A stretch of DNA of 64,000 nt from positions 62,001 to 126,000 of the forward strand of contig JBLDXI010000049.1 in the NCBI GenBank assembly GCA_047495785.1. The letters are read 5' to 3'. Shown one piece after another: positions 1 through 13,060 of the stretch (the first letter of the stretch is position 1; each line of letters starts with the position of its first letter). Under the pieces are notes generated by a model that was given only the letters and a program-made list of their open reading frames with translations, did no database searches and was not told the origin of the DNA. Position numbers and translations under genes: made by a program. Origin of the DNA: Lepidodermella squamata. Its lineage: Eukaryota > Animalia > Gastrotricha.

Positions 1-304
1 ACGGGTTGTAGCGTTTTTGGACGAGCCAAAGTGGTGCCGGAATTTCCTCATCATCGTCACCGTCGTCACTGATATCATTAGTATTCGCCTCATCGTCTTC
101 GAAACTGAAATTTTTTGAAAATAAATAATTTTTTTTCTAAAGTTTTTGAATTACTAACATTGCTGGTCGATCTCTAACTATTTGCAGATTTTCATCGTCA
201 GACTCGTCCGTATCGCCGAACGCAACGTTCCAAGCCAGGGTGATTTCGATGGCGCAAAACAGTGCCAGGAGAAAAATCGAAAGATACAGAGAAAATCTAG
301 CCAT
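1..304 (-). CDS. Secreted prepropeptide (neuropeptide-like precursor), 3'-truncated by the window edge
   Basis: ATG at 304 and a GT-AG intron at 158-105. Spliced product: MARFSLYLSIFLLALFCAIEITLA-WNVAFGDTDESDDENLQIVRDRPAIFEDDEANTNDISDDGDDDEEIPAPLWLVQKR-YNP..., i.e. signal peptide, acidic spacer, KR site. Confidence 0.7.
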
Positions 305-729
305 GATAATTCCTAAAAAATAAGAAAATAATTATGATTTTTCCTGTTTATCGCACGCAAATTTCGGAAGTAGGACATGCTATTATAAAGTGACTTTAGT
401 ACCCCCAATAAAATGTTACCAAGCAGCGGGTCCTGGTCAAGAAATCAGCATATAAAAATATTTGTCGACAGCAAAATAATAATAAAGCAAATCACAGAGA
501 GGGCCGTGACAGGAATCTAGGAGAAATAATTTGATAATCATAAATATCAGAAATATTCTTTGCATTTTTCCGATAATAATGAAATAAAATCTGACCAAAC
601 GCCGTCAAATCTGACCCGTCTATGAGAGTGAATTTTGATTCTTCATATATTATAGACATCGATTAGCACTCGATTGAAATTCCTTCATAGAAAAGCGAGG
701 CAGACGGGCTTCGTATAAGAGATCAATTT

Positions 730-1180
730 TCAAAAAATAGTAGCCCACAAAAAAAATCGTCCGCTTAGCATGATAGGCAGACGACGATGGGGGAAATGAA
801 TTGCATTGCATTGCTCAGTTTGGTTTTCACAGCTACACCTGTCGAAAACAACTGTCCGAGAACCGAGAACTAATGCATTAAGAGGAAATACATTATTCGG
901 TGTTCGCAATATTCTCAGGCGTGGATGCTGGCAATCTTTCAGTTCCGATCGATGAAATTCATCATCAACTTGCGTTTTTACATGATAATAATATTCGCAA
1001 CGGCATTTGTTGAATTGCTCCGTGAGCAAACACCGATTTTTAATTTCTTCTATTTCAAGGAATGTTGTTTGCGTGGATTGCGGATTAAAAATTTATTGCG
1101 GCCCGCGCACTGACCCGATTGGCACTGAATTATGACCGATTTTTTTCATGACCAGCTTTGCACTTGCATAAATGAGATTT
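730..1180 (-). CDS. Cys-rich, three-finger/LU-like protein with hydrophobic tail; frameshifted
   Basis: ORF 730-1029 ends ...RCSCENQTEQCN plus a hydrophobic tail. Upstream LCKCKAGHEK and IQCQSGQCAG join it only if the homopolymer runs at 1140-1146 and 1087-1091 each gain 1 nt. The 5' end is unresolved. Confidence 0.35.
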
Positions 1181-3454
1181 CTGAAATTTCAAAAAAATGA
1201 TAAAAACGTGAGATGATTTGCAACTAAGCATTGAAGCATTGTTACACAGAATGTTAAGGAAGATTTTAGTCGGATTGTCATAAAAAGCGTTCAGCAACCC
1301 GTAAGAAGAATCTAGAAAATTCAGAACTTAAAAGAGTCGACCCCATCAGAAAGCTTAGGAAATTTTTTAGGAAATCTACAATAGCTCCGTGTTTACCCTA
1401 ATAGATGCTCCTGATGATCTTTTCGAAAGTTTGTAGGATTCTCCACAGGCAAAAAGTAGCTTCGTACCCAGAAATTCGCACCGTGGTCATTTCGTAATAA
1501 GATGGTAAAATTCTCATGTAAAAAAATAAAATTTAAAACTTTAATTTAAACGGCAATTTCGTGATTTTCATAACAATTAAAGATGAAGTAGCGACCATTT
1601 CGTCTCGTGTTTATTTAACGCTTTATAATTCATTTATCACTCGTCATCACCGTCATCTCCCTGATCATCGAGATCACTTTCACCATCATCAATAATTACA
1701 ATGGAATATACAAAAACTGCATAAATCCTATAGTCGCCCCCAGCTAGACACGTTTAGGCACTGATAAACACGAGGGACGCGTTTTCCAAGCAATGTGCTA
1801 ACTTTTAAAGCGCACAGTCCAACATAAGCGCAGACCTACTGTGTAATCTGCGACGCGGCGATTTTGAACTTCCACGCCGGTTAAAAGTCGATAAAAATTC
1901 TACGAAAAATTAATTTCAGAATTTTTAGACTTTCTTTCGATGATCTCACCCTACCCTAATACACGCACATAATTGTAGAAATTAGCAACAAGCATATTAG
2001 TAATGACTAGTTCAAGTAATAATTAACTCAATAGAGGTCACGCTAATTGGCTGAGCGCGCGCAGCCCGAAACTAGGTCATAGAACCGCCTAAATGTTTCA
2101 CAAATTTTTTATTTAGTATGTAATTGCAAAATTATGATTAAGGAGAGGCCAAAATGTAAGATTTTATAGTTCCGATTCCACTCAAAACGTACGCAAAGTG
2201 ATCGAAAATGTAACCGCTCTTAACTCCACTCGTTGAAGCACGGGCGAACTCACGGGCAAAAAGGTCTCTTTTCCTGGCATAAATTGATCACGAAATGAAA
2301 ATGACATGATATGAGAATGTATTAGTACGAAAGGACCACGATACGAATTTACTGGTACGAACTTACCCTAATGCTCTGAAATGGGGGCATTCGAAATTTG
2401 CCCTACCATACTGCAAGAGCCGCAACCAAAGAGGCTGGGAGACACAGAAGTATGACTAGGGTTCATTGGATTTTCATTGGATTGGAAAGAAGTCCCGATC
2501 GATGATTGGATCAGAATAAAAAATTGACAGCTTTGTACTATGCATGTGGCATGTTGTTGCTTCGGCATTTCTCCTAAATTAAATCGGCAAAGCAAAGGTA
2601 GGCCGACAGATAAAAAAAGGTGTACCAATGTACGTTATACCACGCAATATATTGGATTATGCTGCTTTCTACGGATTTCAAGTAGTTATTGAATTATGCA
2701 AAGTTCATCTTGCTGAAATTCGACGATTCTGATTTTGAAAATCAAATTCTAGAAAACATTACTGGGACAGCGTGGATTTTATTCAAAATATCTCTCGAAT
2801 TTTTCCAAGAATAGGTACAAACATGGACGAAAGAATTATCGACTAAATCGTTGCATCGCTAGCAGAAAAAAATATCGGAAATTTTTTGAAACAAAATCGT
2901 AACTAAATTTGCACTTTGATATACCTGTAAGTATATGTACCTATTTTCTCGTCAATTATATTTGAAGCGCAAATTTGCACTCCAATTAGCATCTAAAATG
3001 CATGAAGGCAAAATGACCTGTGGACTCGGTTTTTGGGTCTAATAGAGAGATAAACATTTATTAAAAATGTGGACTGCCTAATTTAACAATCGAGTTGCCA
3101 TAGACACAGTGCTTGTTTTTTATGATTGAAATATATATGGATCGAGTCCTTTAAGATCGATTTTGCTATATCGGTCAGCAGCTGCTTGGGTAGTCATTTA
3201 GCTCGCGCAGGACTGAATTTTTGCGTTCAATTTGTGAATCTGACTTTTTCCTTTTTTCATCGATACCGATGCACTTTCTCAATATCGGCATCAAAGACTG
3301 GTGATTTATCAGAAAAATAAGCACTGAATTGTAAAATCGATCGTTGGATTTTTGCTCTTGAATAAACAACTATTTGGCAAGAAGGTTTTTTGGAATATTT
3401 ATCGGAAATTTCGCTGAGAAAAAGGACATCTTCATCGTTAGCTCTCACGTGTCG

Positions 3455-3806
3455 ATGTGGACGTTGCGATGTGCAATTTTTGATCGATAACGGACGAGTG
3501 AGAAAAACGAGCGACATTTCTATAAGGAGGAATGGACCTTATACAAGTCCGTTCCATACGTCCATTGTGTCTGCCGCAATCACGTACAAAAATGTAACTT
3601 TTCCTGTCTACAACCATGTCTAGAATCACGTGTTTCGGTTTCGTGATCAGGTTTCAATTGAAAACAGTGGACCTTCAAAAGATAACTTTGAAGATTGTAT
3701 GGACGTTCTGAGAGATTTGCGCAGTGGACGTTCGAGGGACGTTCTATCAGCGACGACATTCTCATGGTGAAATGGACGTTTCAGGTCCGTTTTCAGACGT
3801 CCACTG
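3455..3806. repeat. Dispersed array of (T)GGACG/CTT motifs, probable non-autonomous transposon remnant
   Basis: Repeated gtggacgtt/atggacgtt/ggacctt and inverted acgtcca motifs across about 350 bp. Confidence 0.45.
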
Positions 3807-3877
3807 TTTAATAACGCAAAGGCTTCCTGTACAAAAAAAACTTGGCGAAAAATAAAGTATTAGGTCATGTTTTATTT

Positions 3878-4201
3878 TCATGAAATTAGGCGTTTATATA
3901 TATTCTGTCCGGTTTTCATCAAGTTTACAGACTCTTCACGAGGGTGAATGCCACGAGCTTTTACTTGGCAATAGTCGCTGTCGCACCAATGTGGTTCTAA
4001 TGCGCTTCCTATATAAAAAACAAGGCTGAATTCATTTTTTTCAGCTGAATTTCAAAAGTACGTTCGAGGGCGAAATGCTGACAGTCGGAAGCGGCTGCTT
4101 CTGGCGGCAAACGCTGCCACCTGATTGGTACCACCACCCGGCCAGAAAATGACCAGACTCGCTACAATTAAAAAGACACCGATAAAGCAGGTTAAACGCA
4201 T
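3878..4201 (-). CDS. Small secreted Arg-rich prepropeptide (2 exons)
   Basis: MRLTCFIGVFLIVASLVIFWPGGG signal peptide. A phase-2 donor follows FRPRT, with two possible acceptors (see findings). AATAAA on the minus strand at about 3876-3871. Confidence 0.55.
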
Positions 4202-4386
4202 TTTTGATCGAAAATAAACTGAATTATCTCGTGAGAAAATTTCATCGCCAAAGCTTTCGATTCTCCATGCCATATGTCAATATTATCAAGTTAGCAGTAT
4301 CGAAAGATAAAATGTCACGAAATATTCACGTCACGGAGTCACTTAAATTTGTGTTCGTTTTTCATGCTGTCGATTTTTGGCAAAAA

Positions 4387-4680
4387 ATGGCATCTTCTGC
4401 GACATATTTGATAGTTCTGGTTATTTGCCTCGTTCATCTAGAACGAGCAATGGCTTTAGAAAATGGAGCATTTGAGGATTCTTCATCGTAAGACACTTTT
4501 TAAATATTCCTAATATATTCCGAAAAAATCGCATTTTTTTCTATCAGGCTTCAAAATTTTGATCGAGTAAAGAAAAAGTGGGACATTATTGGACTGGGCC
4601 CGCTTTGGCGCCGCTTGTCGCAAGACTATTACACGAATCCAAGTGAAAGCAAACTGGCCATCGATCACAGTCTCTTCTGA
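4387..4680 (+). CDS. Small secreted prepropeptide
   Basis: Intron 4488-4547. Product: MASSATYLIVLVICLVHLERAMA-LENGAFEDSSSLQNFDRV-KKK-WDIIGLGPLW-RR-LSQDYYTNPSESKLAIDHSLF*. AATAAA at about 4710. Confidence 0.7.
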
Positions 4681-6154
4681 TTGAACTGATGGATATTTTT
4701 TTATGGCAAAATAAACATGCTTTTTTTGCTTGAAAATTATTTCTGAATCATGCTTGTCTTCTGGCTCAGAAGAGAAAGTTTCATCCGATTAGACCAGTCC
4801 GGATTAAACAACTGAATAATATTATGTATATGTACCTTACTATACCGCCAATATCAGCATGCGAAGAATAAAATTTGCAAAACATACAGAAGTTTTATTT
4901 TGACAGCTGTCTCACGGTATAATTTTTAATATACTATAAACGCGAATTAGCCCATCGTTCTAAGCCCTCTTTAAACCATCAAATTTCCATTCAGGATAAA
5001 TATTTTCTGTACCCAGAAGCTGTAAATTTGCTGCGAATTTCAGAAAATTTCGCTGATTATATAAGTAGAGTTTCACCTTGAAGTCACGGCGCTTCTGTGA
5101 ATCATCATTTCGATCAGTTTCTAAGGAATGATTTACAGCTTTGGGCGAAAATTAGCCTAAAAAATATGATCTGAATTCCATTCTAGGAGCCAGCTCATCG
5201 ACATTAGATTATTGACCTGAAATCAAAGGTATTTAGCGCCTCAAAAAAACCAACCCATCCAAATCCTACACCTGGAATGCCTCCGATTCAAAAACTCATA
5301 TTTAATTAAATTTAAAATTTGTCCGCATCATGAAAAAGTGGATTTTTTGCCCTGGTAACTTGACCGAAAAACTCACCTCGTCGCAAATTTGACCTGGAAT
5401 CTACGCTAAAACCCCCACTCGCCCGAATTCGAAAAGCGGTTTTCCTTTCCCGTGGATAAAAATTATTTTAGGCCCGAGAGAAATCTGGGCGTTGGCGTAT
5501 CTTGAAATTTAGATAGTGGCTATTAACTTCAAAAAAATGTTCTCCCCACCCAGGTTATCCCAGGATAATTTCAAAGCGCGCTGATTTCAGAAGGTATCAC
5601 CTTTCAAGAAACCTATCTATTTTTAGGCGAAAATTTGTCCACACCAACAATTCGAAAAAATTAGAGATTAGATACGTTTCTCGATTATGACGCCACAATA
5701 ATGCCGCGGCTGAAGTTAATTTAGTCTTCGAACAAAACACCCAACATCAATCAGTGTTGAAGCCGCTAATAGAAGTAGATATGGTCGATATAGGTATGTG
5801 GCCCCGTATAACATTTTTCAAGTCACCCTAATTATCAGGACGAATCGCTGTGAAATTGAATTCATCTTCACGTCTGAGCTTTTTAGCACACGCTCACACA
5901 AGTCAGGTTTTGAACCCCCTACGTTCTCGCTCAACTCATCACAGGTATGAGCCGCGTGTGTCTTCTATAAGGGCGTTATCGATTAACACGTAGTAGTTTT
6001 TCATCTTATTGTTACTCGTGGATCGATAGCGGGCAAAGTCCAACAGCGTACTTTTCCTATTAAAGCCGACATAAGTTGCTATCTGACAGTTCTATAATGT
6101 CATATAGAAACGTTTTGATGAGCTTTTTGTGAAATAATAATCGAGACGTAAAAA

Positions 6155-9100
6155 ATGCCGAAAACTTACACAGAGCAACAAAAAAACGAGCGCGTCGAAT
6201 ATTGCCGGGTATAATTTTTTGCATGGTTTAAAATTAATCCTGATTTCAATTGTTAACTTTAGGTTTGCAGCAAAGTTGTTCAGCGTCGAAAGTTGTACCA
6301 TCCTAAAATATGCCGAGCTTGCGAGGTCGGTCATTCACTAAAACTTCGGTTTTGTTTTTATCAAGTTGGATTTTTTAGAAATTTTTTACGCGAAAAGCTA
6401 TTTTTCGAGATGATCTGAAATGCATCGGCGGTTCTTTGGCCTGTCGGATAGATTCAAGCAACCGAAGGTCATGCCCGCGATGCCGCATTGAGAAATGTGT
6501 AGCTGCTGGGATGCAAGGTACGTGATAACAATTTCAAAAATTTCAAAAAATTATTAAGTACCGTGGCGTGGGGCCGTGAAAGTCGCATTCTGGCCGATTT
6601 CACATGGAGAACAAAATTTCCACGGAATTTTTTTCATAGGAACATTCCTTGCCACCTGAGCTACAACTTAATTTTTACCGAATTCGGAAATCGTTTTTAA
6701 ATAACAAGAAAGGTCATTTTAGGCGCTGAGATTTTTAGCATTGTTGGCTGGAATTCTGGAATCGGAGGAAAACACCTTTTTCGCCTAATGACACCACTGG
6801 GTGATACCTTTCGAATGACACACTCGGAAAACTGATGTCGCAATCGCGAGCAGTAATTACCTGAATTTTGTGGGGTAACTTGGCCGAAAGGACAAGGGAT
6901 GGAAAATCGGCTTAAAAGATAATGAAATGAAAAAAATCTCATCATTTAGAGCTTTTCATTCTGAATCTATTAGTCCATTGCAACTATCGCGTAAAAGCTA
7001 CGCAGAATGATCTGTGAGCGTGTAAAGATGCAACTATTTTGACAACTTGGCGCAGCAAAAGGTGATGATTTGGGTTGCGATAAACATGTAGGAAAATCTT
7101 GACGAAGAAAAAATGCCTTCACATAAAAAAATTTAAATTTTATTAATAAATTAAATTAAATTATATATCATTTTTTAAAATGCACGAGATTTTATTTGTC
7201 AAATTTCAATGCTAAATTGAGGGTGGGTAGGCCGTCTACTTTTGAGGTTTTTTTACTTTCTGCAGTGATGTCAGTTGCTCTCCTGTCTAGAGACAAATTT
7301 CCTTACCGGCAATTTTTCGCCTATGGGGTTTCCTCCTTTGAACCAGCTTAATCTTAGCGTTAAACTGATTTGTCTTGTATTTATTTTGACGTGTCAAAAG
7401 TCGTGTTTTTGACGTTTGGAGATGGTTTTTGAATTTTTCGTCATCTTCTGCAATTTTCTTCTCCCATTTGCTCTCCTCTGTTCAAGATGGCATGCCATAA
7501 CTAATTCGTAAACTACAGTTCGCGGACTATTTTCTGGATTTTTTTCTCTTTCGACCTCTCATGTCCAGGCCAAACGCCCCTTGTCCTTTGGCCTGGACAT
7601 GGATTGAGAGGGCGTGATGAATCATCGACCTAGTTTCTGCCAGATGGTTAACCTCCACAGAATCGATTGATGTTATCGGTCGTCGACCGGGTTTTCACCA
7701 ATCGATCGAGAATGGAACCGGGATTTTTACGGTATAAAATTTAAAAAGAAACAGGTTACCATAGGCGAAAAATGCCGGCCAAGTTATCTCACACCACGGT
7801 ATAGTTATTCCCGCAAGAAATAATGCATATTATAATTTGATCTCATTTTCAAACGCATGGCCGACCTTAATTTTGACCCTCATTTGCATATATGCAATGG
7901 CCTCATAATTATTAATTATTATCGAATTAATAAATTAAATTTTAATCTAAACCGACGAGACTAAGAATTTTCTGAAACAATTTAATTTAACCCTGAAATT
8001 ACCTCACCTTCAAAATATTTCCCAAAACTTTTTTCAGGCAAAAAAAGCGACAAATCTTCGAGGCAATCCGAAACAATGTCAATTGCTGAAGATTCTATCG
8101 ATTCGTATGAAAGCGTATCGAAGCCAAACAGCCCGGATTGTTCCAACACTGCTGTCGCTTTGCCCCGAGAACCAGCCATTTTCGACGGCGCTGCGATAGA
8201 AGACGTTATTCGAAAATCAATCTACTCACTTACTCTGCTTCACGACCTTGAGCACGTATAATTTTTCAATTTTTTTTATTTCGCTTGAATAATTATTGGA
8301 ATGTTTTAATAGTTGCCGATGCGGACGTATGATCGGACGGTTTTCGATGGCGAAAATTTCCTCCGGCTGATTGTGGAGCAGTTGGAAGGTGCTACAAATA
8401 TTGGCTGGAATTACGCTAACTTCATGAGAGGTTGTTTATTTTTCTCTTCTCGAGATTTGTTTTTTCAATTTTTGTCGATAAAAAAGACAATTTCGGAGTT
8501 TGCGAAACGTCCCTTGCCGCAATGCTGTCGTCTTCTTGGAAGCAAATCATCGGAATAGCTAGTTCCCTTATCGACAGTTCATCTGGCGCGTTTTTCGTTC
8601 GAGATTCAATTCTGCCCAGCTTCCTTGCAGCTTTCCCTGAACAACAGGTTTGAAAATCAATGCTTATGAGATCCACTGTATATGATAAAAGTTCGATAGA
8701 GTAGCTTGTTCAAGGCTTTATCCCATAATAGAAGTTGGCTTCCCGATCTGACTCTTGAACGAGTACGGTGCGTTCTGGTTGTAGTACTCGCGCTGAATTT
8801 AGCCCCGGACAAATTAAAAAAAATAGCCTAATTTTATGACCACTCACTTCTTGTATTTTCTTCACTCTCTTTGGAGAAAATTAACGTCACAGGGCTATAG
8901 AAATCGAACCCAGGTCTCAACCGATCCTGATCACACATATTATTGCGAGAGATAAGTTAGCATCGGGGATTTTGGTATTTATACTCGAAGCGTCACTGAA
9001 GTTCTAAAACGTCCTGTCGTTGAATAAACGTTGAATACCGTTGAATAAAATAAGGTCCCATTTTAAAAATAAAGCAAAATTTTACTATTTTTGTGCGATT

Positions 9101-10001
9101 TTGTTTTGTTTTTTATCGATACTGATGCCCTCCCTGAACCTGGGATTTTTTATTCTAGCTACAAGGTGCCCTAAGCTAATGGAGAATAATTATCGATATT
9201 GGGTTCCAAGGTGGTTGATAACGGAAAAATACTTGAAGAATCACTGATAGCGCAGGACATCTGTCGCTTAGGCATGATAAATAAACTTGAAATTGCAGTT
9301 AAACTCGAAAAATCATAGGCAGGTGAAAAAACCAGTCTCAAATTTAGTGCTGGCAATTTCCATTATTTTTATCACATTTTGGAGGTTTCGACCTAGATTG
9401 ATTGATCACCATACGTATTTGAATATTTAACGGATGCACGCTGCGAATAATTTTCTAAATAAAGCAAAAAATTACTGATGGTTGATTCTAGAAAATAATC
9501 GATACTCGTACTTAATTCATATTTTTAATACAGGGAACCTGGAGATTGGGCGAGGAGCTAGCTTCATGCCTCAGGGACGAATGGCAGCCTTCAATTGTCG
9601 AACTTTCCCTCCTGCTCAATATTTTATTTTTCCACGGTAATAGTAATTAAAAACATTCAATTAAAAAAAAAACGAAAAAATATTTTACACAAGGCGCTCA
9701 TGGCTTGAACGATCCTCGAGTCGAACACACGAAACAATTATTGAAAGCCGCTTTCAACATGTACGTATCTCGGCAATCGCGGCGATCCGTCGAGGACACG
9801 CAGTACTACCTGCGGCGGACCGTTAATCTAGCCGATCGGGTCGTGGCGAGTTTCCAAAAAGCCGGTGAGCAAATCAACCGCCGAGTTTTCCCGTCGTACA
9901 ACGCCGAAGAAAAGTCGCTCATAACGCAATTCATGTTTCAAGGGGCGTTAACCGCCCCCGACGCTGTGCCAATGTTACAGCAATCGCCCGATTTCGCGTG
10001 A
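6155..10001 (+). CDS. Divergent nuclear receptor NR-a (C4 zinc-finger DBD + divergent LBD-like region)
   Basis: Spliced MPKTYTEQQKNERVEYCR|VCSKVVQRRKLYHPKICRACE|KFFTRK...CIGGSLACRIDSSNRRSCPRCRIEKCVAAGM. Downstream exons REPAIFDGAAIEDVIRKSI, WQPSIVELSLLLNILFF and DPRVEHTKQLLKAAFNMY are shared with paralogues. Long introns at about 6518-8038 and 8649-9532. Confidence 0.85.
7560..7601. repeat. Short perfect hairpin in an NR-a intron
   Basis: catgtccaggccaaa ... tttggcctggacatg (15-bp arms). Confidence 0.6.
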
Positions 10002-12192
10002 TGACCAATTCGTTCCGGTTTTATCGATGACGCAATTAATGCTAGCGAATTTTTTCGAATTGTAATAAATTTGTCGAGTTTCAGTTTTAGCAATAAAGAT
10101 CGGCGAAAGTGGCTGTTTCCGATGAAATAGATGAAAAAATTGGCGCTGTACTCGATGACGTAGAAGACGGCGAATAAATCTAGGGCAGATCTCAGGAAAG
10201 CCTGGTCGAAAATGTTGTAACGTTCCCATAGCAACATTCCGATGATTGGATTGAAAAGGGCGGGCTATATAAGGAAAAATACAAAAAAATCAACTTCTTG
10301 CAAATTAATTTCAGTCATTTAATGGGGTAGATCAGGAATTCCTAATTTCGGCCGCTGCGACCTAACTTCAGCCACCGGCCGAAATTTGGAAAATTTGTAA
10401 CACCAGAGTTACAGGAATCACATCGTCAAAGAAAAGCTCCCAGGTAAAGCAACAAGGGCGATTTCCACAGTAAGCTCGCAGAGACGAAGTTAACGGCATC
10501 AAACTTAGGGTATTAGTGTAACTGGATGAGGTGGCCGAAATTAGGGCACCCCGTTTCCTAGTTCCGGCTAAGAGTCTGACTACGAAATTAGCCATAAATC
10601 AGGGTAAAATCGTCCGGACTTGCGGGAACCGGTATTCGATATAGCCCAAGAACTTCTCTACAATTCTGTATTTGCCGAACATTTTCTAAAAATTCACCTG
10701 GCTTGCAAAGTAGGAAAAACCCGAAAAGTGGCCGAATTTAGGGCGGGATGCTCTAGTTATTTTTTATCAAAATAAAAAAAAATTGAATTATTTAATTTGA
10801 AATTACCACAAGTTCGCACAGAACAGTCGTTGCCGTAGCTGTAATCAGCGTAATGTTTAATTGGCATTGTTTTCGATGTTGGCGAGATTTTCGATCGCTA
10901 TTGTTTTGGTTTTTGTAACTCGATCGGTACACGGCAATAATGAGAAGGATGTTGAAAACGATGAGCAGGACGAGACATCCTGTTCAAACGGGACAAATCA
11001 TTCGAAATATAGTATTTTTCCTGATTCTTCGACAATAGAACACGGTAAATTCAAAGTTCTAGGATAAAATGTCCCCAAATATGCTTTTCGGGCTTCAAGC
11101 GTTCCTCGTAGAATCTCATTTCTAGTGAGTGTCAACGGGGAGAGAAAAAACCCGGGAAAATGGGATCAAACCAGATGAAATACGGAAAAGTACCGAACCA
11201 GTTACCATCGTGGTTTTCCGGGTTTTTTCCGGTAAATTTGTTATTTCTTTGGTGAAATCGTGGATAAAGGAACGCATAGGTTAAATTTTAGTAAACTAGA
11301 TAAATTTCCCACAAACGTTGCAAAATTAGAAAAGGGTTGCGCTCTAAATTTTTATTCTCAAAATTTGAAATAAAAAAATGTATTTTTTACATCAAATTGC
11401 ATTGATTGAATAGAATCGGATAGATATTAGAGGGACAGAATTTCGATTTATCATAAAATTTGCATTTGCTGAATTTGTTGAATCTAGATATAGATTCGAA
11501 ATTTCCCAGTAATTCTTCAACGAGAAATAGATTCCCGTATATTCCCCTGCATTTCGCTCACTCACGAATTAAAAAAGTCCGGTTTGTTGCTTACCAACGC
11601 TGAAGATGAAAAATTGCACAACAGAGTAGATTTCGAAAATTTGGCTATAATCACGGCCGAACTTGAAGTTGCTGCACTCGGCCTGGTACAACAAGTTCAA
11701 ACTCGCCATTCTCGGCCCGTTAAGCACTGTCACGGCTATGAGCAAAGCGACGCAAATTATCGTAGCCTGTCTCCGTTGTTTCCGAACCGTTTCAAAATCC
11801 GGACGCTGCGTTTTATTTGTTGTGACAAAGCAAAATCGCTCGATCGTAAAAGCGACCGTGAAAACTAGGGATTCGGTACAGCTCCAATTAACCAAAGGCC
11901 AGATGACGTATTGTAATATCGGTAATTTCCAAGCAGCCCCGCGGAAGTGAACCGTGAAGAAGGCGAACAAAAATTGGCCAATGACGGTGAAAAATTGGAT
12001 GGCGGATAAAAATGTTAAATATACGAAAACTGGAGATTTGAAGGTTGTAGCATCCTTCAATATCATGAAGGTCATCGCGTTTTCGATAATTGCGAATATA
12101 TTCAACGCAGGTATGACGTAGCCGAGGGTTACGACGATAAAGTCTGGCTGCGATGTGCCTGTACAAGTCGAGTTACCGCTCGAGCTATTCAT
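9938..12192 (-). CDS. Rhodopsin-class GPCR, FMRFamide/sex-peptide-receptor-like (srw-like); 3 exons
   Basis: N-terminal glycosylation sequons, TM1 ..IIENAMTF, VFVYLTFLS, TM3 AFTIERF, TM4 LNGP. Exon 2 (about 10974-10806) gives TM5-TM6 LLIVFNILLI...TTVLCELV|P. TM7 is YSANFFIYFIGNSHFRR. Confidence 0.85.
10330..10753. mobile_element. Non-autonomous TIR element, copy 1 (in a GPCR intron)
   Basis: Imperfect TIRs (cctaatttcggcc / ggccgaatttaggg), flanked by TA. Internal sequence is shared with 41005-41743. Confidence 0.7.
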
Positions 12193-12462
12193 TTTTCAAT
12201 GTGAGAAATGTCTGATTTGAGGTGTAAAAATAATTCCCTTTTTACGGCACAGCTGAAATAAATATAACTTGAAAATAAATTGATTCTTGCCGAAGGATTA
12301 ATTATTGTCGAATATAGGTCATCTTATCGCAGGAGGAATAATATGGGCGAGTGGGTATTACCTGGACGAAGATTTGCAATTTCCATATCGATTCAATGCG
12401 GTTCCCCGACATTCGCTGCGTACCAGAAAAAAGACTGCGAGAAAAAGGATAAATAATATATT

Positions 12463-12545
12463 TTGGCGCAATTGTCGTTAGCGCACATGTCGTTTTCAAA
12501 TTTAGCGCAGTTTTTAGCGCAAATGTCGCCGCGCAAATGACGCCA
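12463..12545. repeat. Degenerate tandem GCGCA(A)ATGTCG motif
   Basis: About five imperfect copies (gcgcaattgtcg, gcgcacatgtcg, gcgcaaatgtcg, gcgcaaatgacg). Confidence 0.5.
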
Positions 12546-13060
12546 ATGCCTAATTACTGGTACCTGAGTATTATGTGCACATCGAATCGTAAAATTTCTA
12601 AACATGAGAGGAAAAAATGAGTTATAGAGCAACTGATATAACTCTCATTAATCGATAAATACCTATATATTTGAACATTCTATTTTTTTCTTGGCACCAA
12701 GTACTTGGCGTCATTTCGATGAAGAAAGAATCAGGTATTTGCTGTTTAAAAATTTCCCATCAATTTGATCCACACCTTCATTTAAAAATGTTCGAATTAA
12801 CGTCATTTCAAAGGAATTCATAAAAGTCGTAAATAATTTTCGCATCGAAAAAACTGAGACAGCGCGTGCAAAAATACACGCAAAAGATTTCACGCGTGAC
12901 TGAGTTTGTTTTTTTCCACAATAATTACCTGTCCTAGCACAATAGGGTGGAAACGATAAACATGTTATTGTTATCAACAGCGATTTAGCTTGAGTTGAAA
13001 AAATCACAAATTCCCAATTTTTGTTTTCAAGATTTTCGCCAATTTAATCGGATAACAGGG

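Noticed and set aside
1648-1735. Acidic minus-strand frame (IIDDGESDLDDQGDDGDDE*) resembling a peptide spacer
   Set aside because: Low complexity, with no start or signal exon that can be linked.
2368-2628. MPKQQHATCIVQSC..., a possible THAP-like start with splice-like sites
   Set aside because: No coherent spliced protein or remaining THAP motifs.
10861-11067. ORF with an apparent signal peptide (MALFSMLARFSIAIVLV...)
   Set aside because: It is the antisense shadow of GPCR exon 2 and has a non-ATG start.
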